From: Eutreptiella sp. 'Long Island Sound 2002'
Lineage: Eukaryota > Protista > Euglenida
Direction of reading: 5' to 3'
DNA: 64,000 nt
NCBI GenBank assembly: GCA_964036045.1
Contig: OZ038378.1
Coordinates: 193,502,001 to 193,566,000 of the forward strand
The position numbers were made by a program, and so were the translations under genes. The first letter of the stretch is position 1; the number at the start of each line of letters is the position of its first letter. Below the pieces are notes generated by a model. That model was not told the origin of the DNA. It made no database searches and worked only from the letters and a program-made list of their open reading frames with translations. Below are positions 1 through 12,399 of this stretch, one piece after another.

Positions 1-1795
1 TGGTGGCTGTCGATAGTCCGCTCGGCCTTGGAACCGGACAGTCAGGTAGTTCAGCCTCGTGGTGGGGCAGGGAAGGAAGCCCACACCCGAGGGCCTGCTC
101 CTGCATGAGGCCTCCAGCCCAACCCAACCCAACCCCCCCACCAACACGAGACAATCCACACTCCCATCACGTACGCCGAAGCGACACCGAGACACGGCCC
201 CAAGGACAGCCACACACACATACAGCAGCATCCACAGATTTGGGTGCAGGTGCCGGCGGCGATACACCAATGGCTCCCCCCAAAATGTGTGACCAGATTT
301 GAGTTGTGCTCTGCGACATGGACACGAGGGCGGCAGGGACACAGGATATGCTTGACCTGCAAGGACAGGCCACAGCAAAACCAAATGGGGACAGTTCCCA
401 GACAGAAGAATCCTGCTGAGCTGCACCCGCAACACAACACACGCGTACACAGTGCACACACGGTCAACAGAGTCAAGGGCCCCTGAAGTACCGATGATGT
501 TTGCTCATTGCCACATGTCAGAGACGCTTCGTCATGTCCTCTGCGGAGGGTTGGTGCCCCCCCCATTTCCTCACTGAAAAATCCCCTGTTTTTACCAACT
601 GGGGGTTTGTGGTAAGAACTGGGGAGGGGGGGGGGGTTAGAATTACGGGGGTTGGGGTTTTTTTTGAGAGATTAGGGGGGGGGCTTTGGGGAACAGCTGG
701 GGGGTTTTTGGCCACAATGGGGGGGGGGGTTGGTACAATTCGCGGGGGGGTTTGGGTTACTTTGGAAGGGGTTTCGGTAAAGTCTGTCGTTTTTTTTGTA
801 ATGATTGGGGAGTTTCTTGGTAATCTATGGGGTTTTTTGGGTTAGTTTTCGGGGGCTTTTCTGCAAAATATTTCAGAGGGCTGATTTTGCCCTCCAAGGG
901 GCAGGGGATCCTTGGACCCAAAAAAAAAATTCATCCCTCCCCACTTGGGGAGCCCGACGGCAGGAGTTACGCAGTGTTTTTGATTCCTCCCCGCTTTGGG
1001 GACCCCGAGATGGCAGGGATTTGGGGTTTGGGGTCGCCATTGCTTTTTTCTTTTTTTTTTCACAGGGGTACTTCAGCTGGTAGTGGCCACAGCCCTAATC
1101 AGCTTTGCGTCCAATCAAATGTTTCGTCACCTGTCATTGTGCTCCTTGTTGTTTTCCTGTGCCATGCCCCCACCTTTGGGTGGCATTGTACCAAAAAGAA
1201 ACCCGCATTGAGCTCCAGGAGGAAACATGTGATGGAACGCAAAGCGGAATGGGCCTGTGGCCAATCGTGGCCGAAGTACCTCTATGAACAAACAAAAGCC
1301 AGAGGAACCCCGAAATGTAGCGTATGCCCCTCCAATGCCAACCCCTCCTAAATAGCAGGGTTCTTTTTTGGACGTATCACAGAGGCGGCCCAGAATGATT
1401 CAATTGGTGCTTCAAGCCGTGCAATCTTGTTTTGTCGTTGCAGAGGTGTGAGCAAACCTTGAGCCAAGGTGGGCGCAACCATAGATTTCACACCTAGTAT
1501 TTCAGAGTCAGCTCTTGCAGTTGTGGGTTTGCAGCTTAGTCCTTCCATTGCGCCAGGTCCCATGCCATGCACCACTTCGGCAGCCAACCAAACCTGTCCT
1601 TTGATGTACGGGGGGGGGGCTATTGGCAGAGGACGTTTGCACTCTCAAATTGGCTGCCAAATGAATAGCACCAAGTCAGCATTTATCAAGGTTGTTTCTG
1701 GGTGCCACCCCCAAATGTACCCCCACCAATTTGATTTCGTTACCACCCCCCCTCCCCCCCCCACCTCCTCCCCCACCCCTTAATCCTCTGTGCAG

Positions 1796-2110
1796 GTGGA
1801 AAGTCTGGTGCATAAGCTCCAAGAGCATCCTGGAATTCACACAGTGCTGACCAAGGCTGATGCTGCCGCTGCCTTCAGCCTCCCTGCCGACCGCATTGGG
1901 GATTTGGTTGTGGTGAGTGATGTCCACAAAGTCCTCGGTCTGTCCCCTGAGGCCCACGATTTGACTCAATTAAAGGAACCCTTGCGGTCCCATGGGGGCC
2001 TCTCAGAGCAGAACATTCCATTTCTGTGCACCAGTGCGCTCCCCATCCCTGGGCCCGCCTCACCTTTCAACTACGATGTGTTGCACATTATGCTCAACGC
2101 TGAACACTGA
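1796..2110 (+). CDS. phnA: Terminal exon of a phosphonoacetate hydrolase (PhnA, alkaline phosphatase superfamily) homologue; upstream exons not identified
   Basis: Translation contains LPADRIGDLVVVSD...LG...HDLTQLKEPLRSHGGLSEQNIPF...NYDVLHIMLN, matching the bacterial PhnA C-terminus as I recall it (LPxDRIGDLVV...HDLSGL..PLRSHGGxSEQ..P...NFD). It is preceded by a pyrimidine-rich acceptor tcctctgtgcag (AG 1794-1795) and ends at TGA 2108-2110. Confidence 0.85.
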   Translation: MESLVHKLQEHPGIHTVLTKADAAAAFSLPADRIGDLVVVSDVHKVLGLSPEAHDLTQLKEPLRSHGGLSEQNIPFLCTSALPIPGPASPFNYDVLHIMLNAEH

Positions 2111-4100
2111 GCCCTGATAACCAAATGCGACCCTCATTCCCCTTCCAGGGCCAGTCAACATTGGAACGTCTTTGTGGCGGGCGAGGGGGGTTACGCACTC
2201 AGCCCAGTCCGGGCCCCCGTGGCACCAATCCCAGCACCAGCAACAGTCCACTCCACAACTCGTCTACCCCACCATGGAAGCACCGCGGCACACCGGTGAT
2301 GAGCCGCGAAGGGCGGTCATGGAAAATTTTGGCACCTCAGTCCCCCCCCCTCACGCAGTTGCCATAAAGGCCAAGTTGGGTTTGGGGAACGGGGCGCCAA
2401 GGGCCATTAGGTTGCTTTCCCAGTCTATTTTGCTGACAGGTGGTTTCAAGGCCAAGGGGTAATCTCCCCAATTTCAATGCCCTAGAGGCACTATTGACAA
2501 ATATGAGCCCCATGAACGTGTGGTGCGGGTATATCTCAAGGCGCCAAGAAAGTGCCTCTCAATACCCGAGCTTCAGGATTGTCATCAGACAATCAACAGC
2601 AAACTTGTCCCAACAATGTGATGAGTGTTTCAATTGCTGGTGTAAAGGCAACAGGACGACAACGGAGAAAAGAATTGAGAGACTGACATCAACTGACAAA
2701 TGCCGGAAATGTCCGGCGTGAAACGCAACAATGAATCAGTCCCGCAGCGACTGTGTTCCCTGTGATTTGTTCCACTCGCACTCTCGCCCAGCATTGCCTA
2801 CTTCTGACGATCCACGATCCGACGATCCATGAAGCAGTGAGCCTGACGAGCTGGGTCATGGCGAACCCTGTCGCCAAAAAGTTGGTGATTTGGTTGTGAC
2901 CAAACGTGCATCGTTTGTCACGCACGCGGAAAGCAATTCGCTGTGTGGAAGACTGTCAGTGGTGGGAGAACCGCTACTGGAACGTGCGATAGACCACCCC
3001 ACGTTGTCATTGGGTGTGTCATCATTCCGCATCAGCCGAAACGCCATCCGAAGTCCTTGATGCGCTTCAGGATGTCCTCCTCCTGGGGGAAAAGTCTGCC
3101 GTGTCTAGGTTGCAGGTGGACCTCAGGATGAGGGCGGCACAGTAGGCGCCCATCTGTGGGTCGACACACAAACCCGCACATCACTGCCGTGGGTGAATGA
3201 AACATAGGTCGCGCCAGGGGGGGGGGGCTATACGAGTCCCCCAGGAATGGGGGGAAGGGTTGTTGGAAAGGGGGCTGGCCATGGCCCACAGCATGTTACT
3301 CCACACCACCAATTTGCTTGATTTGCTTTGTCACTAGCCGTAGCTTGAAATCGGTTGCAAGCTGTTTGCAAAAAGTTTCTCCACAATACAGACCTCAAAA
3401 TGATCAGCACGTCCTGTGAATGATTTTGACTCATATATTTTGAGTCCTCCCCCCCCCCCCCCCCCAAACAACAACAATGTCAGCGGCTGGGCAAGAGCTG
3501 GCCATGGGAGCCCGGCCCTTGAGTCTGGTAAATCGGCTTGCACGACCCCCCAAATGAATGTTTGCCACACACGCAGAAGGCTGGTGCGCTGGGTACTCCA
3601 CATGAACGTCTGTCTGGTTGAACAGCAAATGACCCAACACACTCCACAGAGCAGGAGCAGGAACCTTGTCTTCGGGGAAGATGGTCAGGGCTGGGACTGG
3701 GCAATTTCTTCCTCTCAAGCTCCCCATTGCCGGTGAAAGCACACAGCTCAGGTGGGTCTTTGTTGCTTCTTGGCCCGCTTCGTAATATGTGGTTTGGATT
3801 GTGTCTTCGGACGTTGGATTGTTCCATTTCATTTCCACGTGTGCCGACTTCTCATTGGCCCGACTTCAACATGTGTCGGACACAGTGAAACCATGCACGT
3901 GGCACTCAGCATTGGAGAATGTAGATCTGTGGCACGCAATACCACGGTGGGTGGCACTGTGGCATGCAATATTACAGCAACCACACGAATGTTCATTATG
4001 GAAACAGCCGGATTACATTCATCAAATTCTATTGCCTTCGGCAAGTGCACCTCGCAGAGAATCTACCCCAAGCAACGCACACAAAAAATAGGGAAAAAGG

Positions 4101-4560
4101 ACATAAATACAGCCTAAAACATGCTTTACATAGCTTGGATGGTCATTTTAAGTGATCACGGTATCAGAAAAATAAGTTTCGAAAACTTCGGTTTTTGAGC
4201 TGCCCAGGGTGAAAAACTGCATTAGCAGGTTGTGTACCAATCCCTTGGGAGCCCCCCCCCCCCCCCCGTGCGCCCAATACCCCAATAGGGTGAGAGACAC
4301 ATAAATACGGCCTGAAACATGCTTTACATAGCTTGGATGGTCATTTTAGGTGATCACAACATCAGAAAAAAAAAGTTTCAAAAACTTCGATTTTTGAGGT
4401 GCCCAGGGTGAAAAACTGCATAAGCAGGTTGTGTACCAACCCCTTGGGAGGACCCCCCCCCCTCAACCTAATACCCAAAGAGGGTGAAAAACATGTAAAT
4501 ACGGCCTAAAACATGCTTTACATACCTTGGATGGTCATTTTAGGTGGTCACAACATCAAA
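4101..4560. repeat. Tandem array of a ~195-bp repeat (two full units plus a partial); related units recur in Amt intron 1
   Basis: The motif aaatac(a/g)gcct(a/g)aaacatgctttacata(g/c)cttggatggtcatttta recurs at ~4104, ~4302 and ~4497. Related aaacatgct(t)cac...gtggtcacaa units occur at ~33050, 37320, 53570, 53740, 62660 and 62840. Confidence 0.8.
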
Positions 4561-5299
4561 AAAACGCCTACATTGCAAGCTGCGCGCATACGCCTGTAGA
4601 TTGTAGATGCGATGCTCAGTTGAATTCAATGCGAGTGTTATCGTGAACATTTATGTTTTATTACAAAACCGTCACTGTGATTTTAGGCACCAAACATGTT
4701 GATCATTTCATCATTTGTTGAAGGACATTGTGGATCTGATTGGTGCCGTGAATTGCGTGCTACGCTACAAATAATGGCTGTTAGGCATCCGTTGTGCAGC
4801 ATTTGTCGAACTTGCGTGCTGGCATTTTTGCGGTGCATAGAAATGTACCAAGCGCCCTTCTGCAGAAACATTTTTCTTGCTAACGAGCGATTACTCCTTA
4901 GCTCTTTACCAAAAGGCTAGCTCTACACGACATTCAAACACGCCTTTCTCTGTTGGCGCCGTTACAACCATTTTCTATGTTCATCACTTATTCTGTATTT
5001 CCTTTTTGGTGGAAACCCCAGGTTTACTCCACAACAGCTTTTGGGCATTTTGGTGTCTGCAGCTACAGAAATGGGCAGTTAAGGCCACCTAAGCGTTAGT
5101 GCAAAAATACGTCATACTTTTCTATATAGCCATGTGTGTCCATTGCACCGTCTGCTATGGTCCACAAATGTAAGTGCCTTAATAAACCATGAGAACATGC
5201 TACTGGATGCAAGGCACCATCAATATGGGCCCCCAAAATCGTGCAATATCTTTTTCAGCAGGCGAGGGCTCGCACACGAAAGGTGTATAGTTATTCAGT

Positions 5300-6620
5300 A
5301 TAGTTAAACATTTTCTAGCAGCATTGAAGAAATTTTTACACGTGTCTTATGCCACTTGCAGCTGTTCAAAATGCTAATTTGATAACGAATGCAAGTGAAA
5401 AAGCACTCTCATTTGGGGAAAACAATGATGATGAATTTTTTTCCTAAAGGTTGTTAAGTATGCTTCTTAAAAACAAGCATGATTTCTTGCATAATGGTGC
5501 ATACTTAGGACAAGACACGACAATCTAGGCAATCATGCGCTCAAGGTCTTTACCAATTGGAATCTTGGAGTATGGAATGATGTATGCCATCACACATGGC
5601 CTTATTGTGAGCATTGCACAAAAGATTCACTAATCTGGCCCTTGAGTTACTTGAGCGCACTAAACCTTCAAAAAAAATGTTTTTCTCGGTTGTTTTGGAG
5701 CCGTGCTCTTTGGAAATCGCTATAAGAAACATTTACACTTGAGGGCAAGTTGAAAGCATTTCTTTTTTGATTTCTTCCTCCGTGTTATGTACTCTCATGA
5801 CGTTTCGGGGTTGAAAAACAAGGTGCACTTTAGGCGTCCAGAGCCACAAGCCTCAAATCCAAAGAAATTGTGACCCGAATTTTATTATTTGACACCATAG
5901 GCAACAGCCATTAGGTCTTATGTGGGGGCGCTCCCCAAAAGACCTGTCTAAACACAAAATTGGCTACAACCCGCAAAATGTACATCCGAGACCTGATTTA
6001 TAAGTGATTTTACGTAGAGGCACCGCCGCACAAGCGATCATTTACTGTACTTATAGTGTAGGCATTTTGGATTACCGATCTTGTTTTTTCGAAGCTGAGC
6101 TTTTGACGCCACCTTGTTGCCATCACAAAGTAAGGGTGCATAGAAAATTATCAAACTTAGCTTTTGGTTCATCCAATGCAAAGCAATGGTCCCGAGTTTA
6201 TGAATGGTTCAGTTTTGACACTTTGTATGGTGCCGGGCACCATGAAAACAAAAACCTTGGTGCATTAAAACAATTATGTTGCCACTTTGTGTGCACTTTT
6301 ACATGGCAAATGGGGGCTAGAATTGGCAAGTGCTAGAAGAAATAGTTCATTTTAAGCAAGAGCAATGCAAATATTTGCTCCGACAGCTCGTATACCATCC
6401 ACCTTAACCATGAAAAAAAGCCACACAAAGCACGACGAATTCGTACAAATCTTCCCTTCGACAAAGCTTTCACATGATGTCATGCATGGTGTCTTGTCTT
6501 CCATTGGTGTAAAAATGTTCATTGCATTTCGTTATATCGTCACCCCAACATCATACAATGGCACTCCATCCTTTAACCAATATCAATCTCATGGCGCTCA
6601 ACTCGCTTGCCCCCTTTCAT
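5300..6620 (-). pseudogene. Possible heavily decayed piggyBac-like transposase relic
   Basis: Minus-strand fragments in different frames appear in piggyBac order: ALSKGRFVRIRRAL (cf. msrxRFxxIxrxL), FALDEPKAKF (cf. first catalytic iDE) and RYQISILNSCKWHK (cf. Y...kW after the third Asp). There are many stops and no TIR or TTAA was identified. Confidence 0.3.
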
Positions 6621-7083
6621 GTAGCCTCGATCCGCTTGTTATGCAATTGTACTATTTTTTGAATTTGTCTTACTTTTCAGTATTTTTGGTCAGATTTTAG
6701 CAATCTAACTTTCCGTTTTGCTAGCGGTTACACTACAGCCTACAGTGTAGACTAAGCAGCGTTGGTTGCAACCCCTACATCCTAAAAGCTGCCCCAAATG
6801 ACTCCATCTTTTTGTGACATTTATGGTATGTCCTGCCTAGTGGTCCATGAAAACAACACAAAAGCGTGCAAGAAAAAAAAAAGGCAATCATCAGTGTGAA
6901 AATATGTTTACCTGTTGCATAGTGCGTCCAAAGCACGTTGCATGATAAAGCAATAGTTGTGAATTCAACAACTCCAGCTGTCATTTGTATTGTACTTAAC
7001 AAACAACATTGGTCCTACAAATGTGAAGGTCAATACATTCAGTACAATAGTGCTCCTTACACTCACCACAAATTGTGCCGGTG

Positions 7084-7430
7084 GCCCCTAACCCCAACTC
7101 AAAAAGCCACACTACAAAGCGTGGATTGCGAATCCTTAACCCCAACTCAAAGGGCCACGCAACAAAGCGTGGATATCAAATCCCTAACCCCAACTCAAAA
7201 AGCCACACAACAAAGCATGGATTGCGAATCCCTCGCCTCTGCCTTCGTGGGGGCCCAAAAAATGGCGGAAATGCTATGTCACCTGTGCATTACCGGGGAT
7301 CCTCAAACAAAAAAGAACAAAATCAGAAATGGCTGCCTCACCCCTACCTTCTCGGGAGCCCAAAAGAGGGCAGAAATACTACATCACTCGTACATTCTCC
7401 GGGATCCCCAACGAAGGGGACAACATTAGA
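7084..7430. repeat. Three tandem 48-bp units followed by a dispersed-repeat-like segment
   Basis: cc(c/t)taaccccaactcaaa(aa/gg)gccac...caaagc(g/a)tgga is repeated three times at 7084-7222. Two similar ttc(g/t)...ggg(g/a)gcccaaaa...gcggaaat modules follow. Confidence 0.75.
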
Positions 7431-7673
7431 AATCAAAACCTACGCTAAGGGTCACAATAATGCCCCTAGTATCTCAAAGTATGGGTCTCTAGTACAGCCA
7501 GACACCCAAACAGCTGCCCTGCGCTACGTGCGTCCCCTTAGTGCACCACTCCCTAAAGGCCACCGGTGGGGCACGGGTCAAAAAAGATGCCCGGCACGCG
7601 CCGGGCGCGCTAACGCTCTCCCTGTCATTATCTTCTCTGTAAGCATGCTCATTTGCCAACAATCCGTGGTGCT

Positions 7674-7738
7674 AGTTCTGCCTGCCCCACCCCTCCCCCT
7701 GGACAAAGCAATCAGGACAGATGCACTATTCCACGGAC
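7674..7738. repeat. Element 1 split direct repeat B2 (65 bp; partner B1 at 7948-8012)
   Basis: agttctgcctgccccacccctcccc...tattccacggac is present twice, near-identical. Confidence 0.93.
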
Positions 7739-7803
7739 AACACTGCTGTCCTTTCATCACCCCTGGCAGGCGCCGGGACAAGACACATGGTGGGCGGGTG
7801 GGT

Positions 7804-7952
7804 CGATGTATCCCCGCCTTAAATTATAAAAAGGCTAAGGAGGGGAGGAGGTAGGATGGGAAGCAGGTCCAGAGACACGGGGGGGGGGGGGGGTGCTGGG
7901 GGCCCGGTGGCAGAACTTTCGTTACCCTGCTTCGCTATACTAACTGCAGTTC
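7804..7952. repeat. Element 1 split direct repeat A2 (partner A1 at 12252-12399)
   Basis: cgatgtatccccgccttaaattataaaaaggc...taactgcagttc is present twice, near-identical. Confidence 0.93.
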
Positions 7953-8063
7953 TGCCTGCCCCACCCCTCCCCCTAGACAAAGCAATCATGACGGATGCAC
8001 TATTCCACGGACGGCACATTTTGCCGCGCGATTGCGCGTCCATATGTCCCCGTAGCCGTCGTA

Positions 8064-9503
8064 TCATGAGTCCCCCACCTCCTCTTTGAATCTCCACGGG
8101 GGGCGAATCATCTCCATCAGACCCATGTACTTGGTGTCGACGGCTTTTTCCCACATCTCACGACGCCTTGCTGCTTCGGCAACGGCCTGTTTCGGAGACT
8201 GGAAGCCTGTCTCCCTAGTCAGGGGGTCGGCCGCGTTTAAAAGGGACGGCACCCTGAAGGACTCGACACTAACAGTACTCCAGCACCTTAGCCAAAACAG
8301 GCGCCGGAGTATTCGCTGCTGAGAATCGGCATGCACCGACGCCCTCAGCGCATTGATCTGAGACCTAGCTACGTTGCTGTCTGAACCCACACGAATTCTT
8401 TCAAAACCACGATAGGATGCCACCTTAATGACGATGTACAGCGCCTACAGTTCCGCCTGCTGCAGGGAGTCCACCCAGGGCGGACACACCTCCGATCGAT
8501 AGTAACCCCCCCCCCCCCAACAATCCCCAGTCAAAAATGTTTGCCCTCCGGCGCTGCATCCACGAACACTTCCCAGGCCCCTCGTCCACCAGGCCCTGGA
8601 GGGTCGCACCGCTGAGGGACACAAGAGAATAGGAGCACCGTCGCCACTCCCTTGCAGACCCCCCTACCAAACACTCCTTTCCCACTCTGCAAACCTCGAT
8701 ATGCGCCCGCCAGGAAGGCGCCCAGACCCGCATTGGGCCTGCTCAGCCAGCACAGTTTACCCAGGAGGCGTTCCATAACCTTTGAGGGCAGGCGCCCCCC
8801 GCCCACCCCCCGGATCCACGCCCTGAAGGCACCGACCAAGGCACCCACCGCATTGCTGATTGTCCCAGCCTTGGTGTCAATCTGCTTTCCAATAAAACTG
8901 AGTCTCTCAGTCGGATTTGGTTCGGACTTTGCCCCCACAATAAAACCCGCACGTCTCAGCCTGCGAATGCAGTCCCTCACAGCCCCCCGCAGACGACTCT
9001 TGCTCCTGCACAACAATAAAATGTCATCCAGGTACACCCAACCCCGCACACCACGTCTCGACAAGGCCCCCCGGATAACAGAGGATACCAGCTTTTGGCA
9101 TATCACTGGGCTATAGGCCCTTCCGAATGGCAGCCTCGCATACCGCATACCGGAAACGCCTACCCGACCGCCCCCCAACCACAAAAACACTGCGCCAGGC
9201 GGGGGGGAGGCGGATGCTCCAGTAAGCATTCTGCAGGTCCAGCTTTGCCAGAAAAACACGGCACCTGCCCCCCCCCACACGCCGAGGGCGCGCACGTCCC
9301 ATCCAGTGGCGGATGGCCTCCAGCCCTGGCAGTCGGAATTTCGGGGGCTTCCGGGGGTCGCTTGCGTTGACTCTCCGCGCATCAAGAATGGCTCGGCATT
9401 TGAGCGCATTCTTCCACGTAAGGAACATTTTTGCCGTCTCGGGGCGCTTTGTTCTGCGCAGTCCCTTACTCTCAGTTCTTAGGGACTCCAGCATTGCATC
9501 CAC
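8064..9503 (-). pseudogene. Element 1 reverse transcriptase-RNase H (disrupted); an N-terminal linker extends to ~10100 in the same frame
   Basis: RT motifs KLDLQNAYW, LPFG, VYLDDILL and FIG. RNase H motifs VFVDAA, QQAEL, RVGSDS and RVPSLLNAADPLTR. Disruptions are a 7-bp tandem duplication cataccg (9139-9152), TGA at 8531-8533, a poly-C frameshift near 8510 and a TAG after QQAEL. Confidence 0.9.
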
Positions 9504-9958
9504 GGGCCCCGACTTCCCCCCATGTTACTTTTCAATCCCCGCACTGTCCCCCCGTAACTGCCTCCGGTACACCCCCAGCAAGTCACGAGGAACCAAGGTG
9601 TTCCAGATCTTGTCTCACACTGTCACACATCCCGCTTCCCCCACCCCCCGAGCAGCCATGTCCTCGGTAACCACCCCCTCCTCGTCGCTGCTACTGTAGT
9701 ATCCATCGTCCTCCTCGTCTAAGTCCCCCTCCCCAACTTTTGTTAACACACTGCACAGCGTATCTAGACCCTCCTCCCCACACTCAAGCCTGAGCACCGC
9801 CTCACCCATCCCTGTAATGAGGTTTGTCACCATCTCTTGTCTGTGCACCTTGACGCCCCGCATTTCGCTTATCGCCCTCGCCGCATCTCGCAACCGCCCT
9901 AGAAGCACTCGCACTCGGGGACACTGTCCTACCTCGTTTGCGTGCACCCTCACCCCCC

Positions 9959-10943
9959 TCAGGCGATCCCCCAGCAAGTCGGGAAGCTTCCCCGGCCGCG
10001 AAGGCGATCTCCCGGCGTATCCATGACGGCCAGAACGAGAGCGTGGAGCCCTGCTTCGTGCAGTAGCCCGGCTCTGCCCCCCCCTCCCCCCATAGGCCAT
10101 GGGATTTTTCCCGAGCGGGCAAACTTCCACCTGGGAGGGGCCTCGGTATACATCTGCGCGACTTTCGCTGACTTCCACCCCCCCCCACAGCATAATTGTT
10201 GTGAGCGGTGCCCCCATTTTCCGGAGTTGTGCTGCCCCCATCCTACGGAAGCTATGCCACCGGACAGTCTTCTTTCCCTCCCCCCTCTCCAGCAGGCTGA
10301 CCAACGTTTTCCCCAGCGCCTCCCTGGACTCGTGCCACGCCCCTCTGTCGGGGTGGAATCCTTTGAGCGCTCTGAGTTTTGCCAGGAATTGCAACCAGGC
10401 TCGCACCCAGGGCCCCACTTCCTGTCTCTGGACCCCCCTCCTGGACTTCGTTCCAAAAAATCGCAACCCCTCATCTTCCTGTCCTAGCCCACCCCCCGCC
10501 TCGGAGCCCCGCAGGCAGTGTCCCACCGATATGCACGCCAGCACCACCGCCTCCCATTCTGCGAAGCTAGAGGCAGCCGCACACAGCCTGCACAAGTCCT
10601 CCAGTTGCGCCCACTCCTTCGCCTCCGCCCGCTGTTCCTTGCACCGCCGCTGGTCGATAGACATAACCAAGTACCAATCAGACTTCCGCACCACCGGGGC
10701 AAGCCACGCCATCTTTTCGGCCAGCCTCGCCGCAGCCAGAACGAGCTTTGCGGCGCTCTCTGACAGGTCGCCCTGCATAATCTGCATGAGCCTGGCCTGC
10801 AGTACACCCCGAGCACCGTCGCCTGGTCGCATCCGCTCCAGCCTTGCCAGTCGCCTGAGCTGCCGCAGATACCCGTCGAGGGTACCATCCTGCAGGCCCC
10901 GCACCGTAGTGGCATCAAAATTCGTCCCGTACTCATCAGCCAT
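9959..10943 (-). pseudogene. Element 1 tyrosine recombinase, frameshifted by one extra base in a 9-C run (10178-10186)
   Basis: Motifs CLRGSE, FGTKSRR and WHSFRR. Removing one G restores LWGGWKSAKVAQMY, which supplies the catalytic W and Y from the 9959..10474 frame. Confidence 0.9.
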
Positions 10944-11051
10944 CGCCGCCTCGAGTCTGTCGCGCGCTGCCGCCCACGGCCACTCGCGCTCGCTCTCCTC
11001 GTCGTCCTGCGTGCCCCCTGCAGCCCCGTCTCTAGCGTCATAGCTCCGCAG

Positions 11052-12242
11052 TCATTTCCTTCGGCCTTTACACCCGTGCTTCTCCCTGTCAAACCACCAA
11101 TGGTGGCCACCACACTCCGGGCATGCCGTTTTTGGAGGGTTTTCGCAATTAACCCAGTCTCCTGTCTTCTTGCTGCGGAAGTGGCGCTTTCCATCTATCC
11201 ATTTGAACTCCGGCTAACTTGTGCTCCCCTGCGTGCCACCTCTGCCTTTACGCTTTGAGTGGCGCCCTGATGAGCTGGAGCTTGCTGTAGATGAGGTATC
11301 AGACGCACTGTCGCTGCTACTGTCCGTGGACGACGATTCCGAGTCGGAGGACATGCGCCTCCCTTTTGCCCTTCGAGACGACCGGCGCTCCTTCATCTCC
11401 TTCTTTTTCTCCTTGCGCCTCTGTTTTTTGGCCTTCTTCTTGTTCTTCTTTTTGACCTCCTTTATTTTTGCCTTGACCGCGTCCTTACCGGATTTGTCGC
11501 AATCAAGGAGCAATTGCCAGACATCGTCAATGATCGTGGACACCTCCGTCTCAGTCTCAGACTCCTCGGCCTCCATTAACCTTTCAACCAGGCGGCACAG
11601 TTTGACCGTCCACCTCGGGGCCCCGGGCCTCTTTCTCATCCACCTGGCATTTTTGAAGCTGGGCTCCTTATACGTCAGTTCTTCCTCCTCGCCTTCCTCA
11701 GCGGCGGCCGGCCCCCCACCCCCTTCGCGATCATCGGCTCTGGCGCCCGCCTCCTCGTCCAGGGCCATGCCACTGATGGTCTCGGGCTTTGCGCTCTTCC
11801 CCGGAGAGTGTCTCTCACCCTTGATCCCCACTCCTCCTCTCCTGTTCACCGATTTTCCAGGCGGCTTGGCGATCAAGTCGCATACAGCGAACCCGACGGC
11901 GGCCTCTTCCGCAGACAGGCTGAACGCAGTCACCTCGACTCCCCAGGCAAGTGTCAACCCATACAGCAGCGCGTCAACGTACCGCTGCGGATCAGGGGAT
12001 TGAAATGAGATCCCCAGCGTCTCATGGAAGGTCCTGGCCAGCTTCACCGCACTCCAGCTGACTCCATCCCGTGACCATCCTGCCACGCCCGCCACCAGCA
12101 CCTCTGTGCGATGCTGATGCGGGATCATACGGGCCATCCAGGGCGTGTGAATCAGGTGGGCCCATGCTGTGGATTTTGCTGCGGGGTCTTCGTCTTTTAG
12201 ACGCCTCCAGTCCCATGCCCCATCATTTTTGGCCGAGCCCAT
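11052..12242 (-). pseudogene. Element 1 ORF1 (gag-like) with an internal TAG at 11214-11216 before a C-terminal zinc knuckle
   Basis: The frame continues past the TAG as PEFKWIDGKRHF...PPKTACPECGGHHWWFDREKHGC to TGA at 11052-11054. It lies directly after repeat A1. Confidence 0.75.
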
Positions 12243-12251
12243 TGGATGACC

Positions 12252-12399
12252 CGATGTATCCCCGCCTTAAATTATAAAAAGGCTAAGGAGGGGAGGAGGT
12301 AGGATGGGAAGCAGGTCCAGAGACAGGGGGGGGGGGGGAGTGCTGGGGGCCCGGTGGCAGAACTTTCGTTACCCCGCTTCGCTATACTAACTGCAGTTC
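12252..12399. repeat. Element 1 split direct repeat A1 (5' end on the coding strand)
   Basis: Matches 7804-7952; identity ends at agttc|atacttg. Confidence 0.93.

Larger units (their letters stand above)
7674..12399 (-). mobile_element. Tyrosine-recombinase (DIRS-order) retrotransposon, element 1; VIPER/TATE-like gene order gag-YR-RT/RH; inactivated copy
   Basis: Split direct repeats A1 12252-12399 / A2 7804-7952 and B1 7948-8012 / B2 7674-7738. ORFs carry YR (R,K,HxxR,W,Y), RT (YLDD) and RNase H motifs. agttc is present at both ends and at the A2/B1 junction. Confidence 0.93.

Noticed and set aside
2200-4100. Protein-like fragments on the minus strand after phnA
   Set aside because: They are possibly a decayed transposon, but no motif could be assigned with support.
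4101-7222. CRISPR-like appearance of the short tandem repeats
   Set aside because: The units are contiguous with no unique spacers, the context is eukaryotic and there are no cas genes.
9615-10943. The 442-aa ORF as one real protein
   Set aside because: It is a chimera. An extra G at 10178-10186 moves the YR N-terminus into the ORF3 frame, and the catalytic Tyr lies in the other frame.
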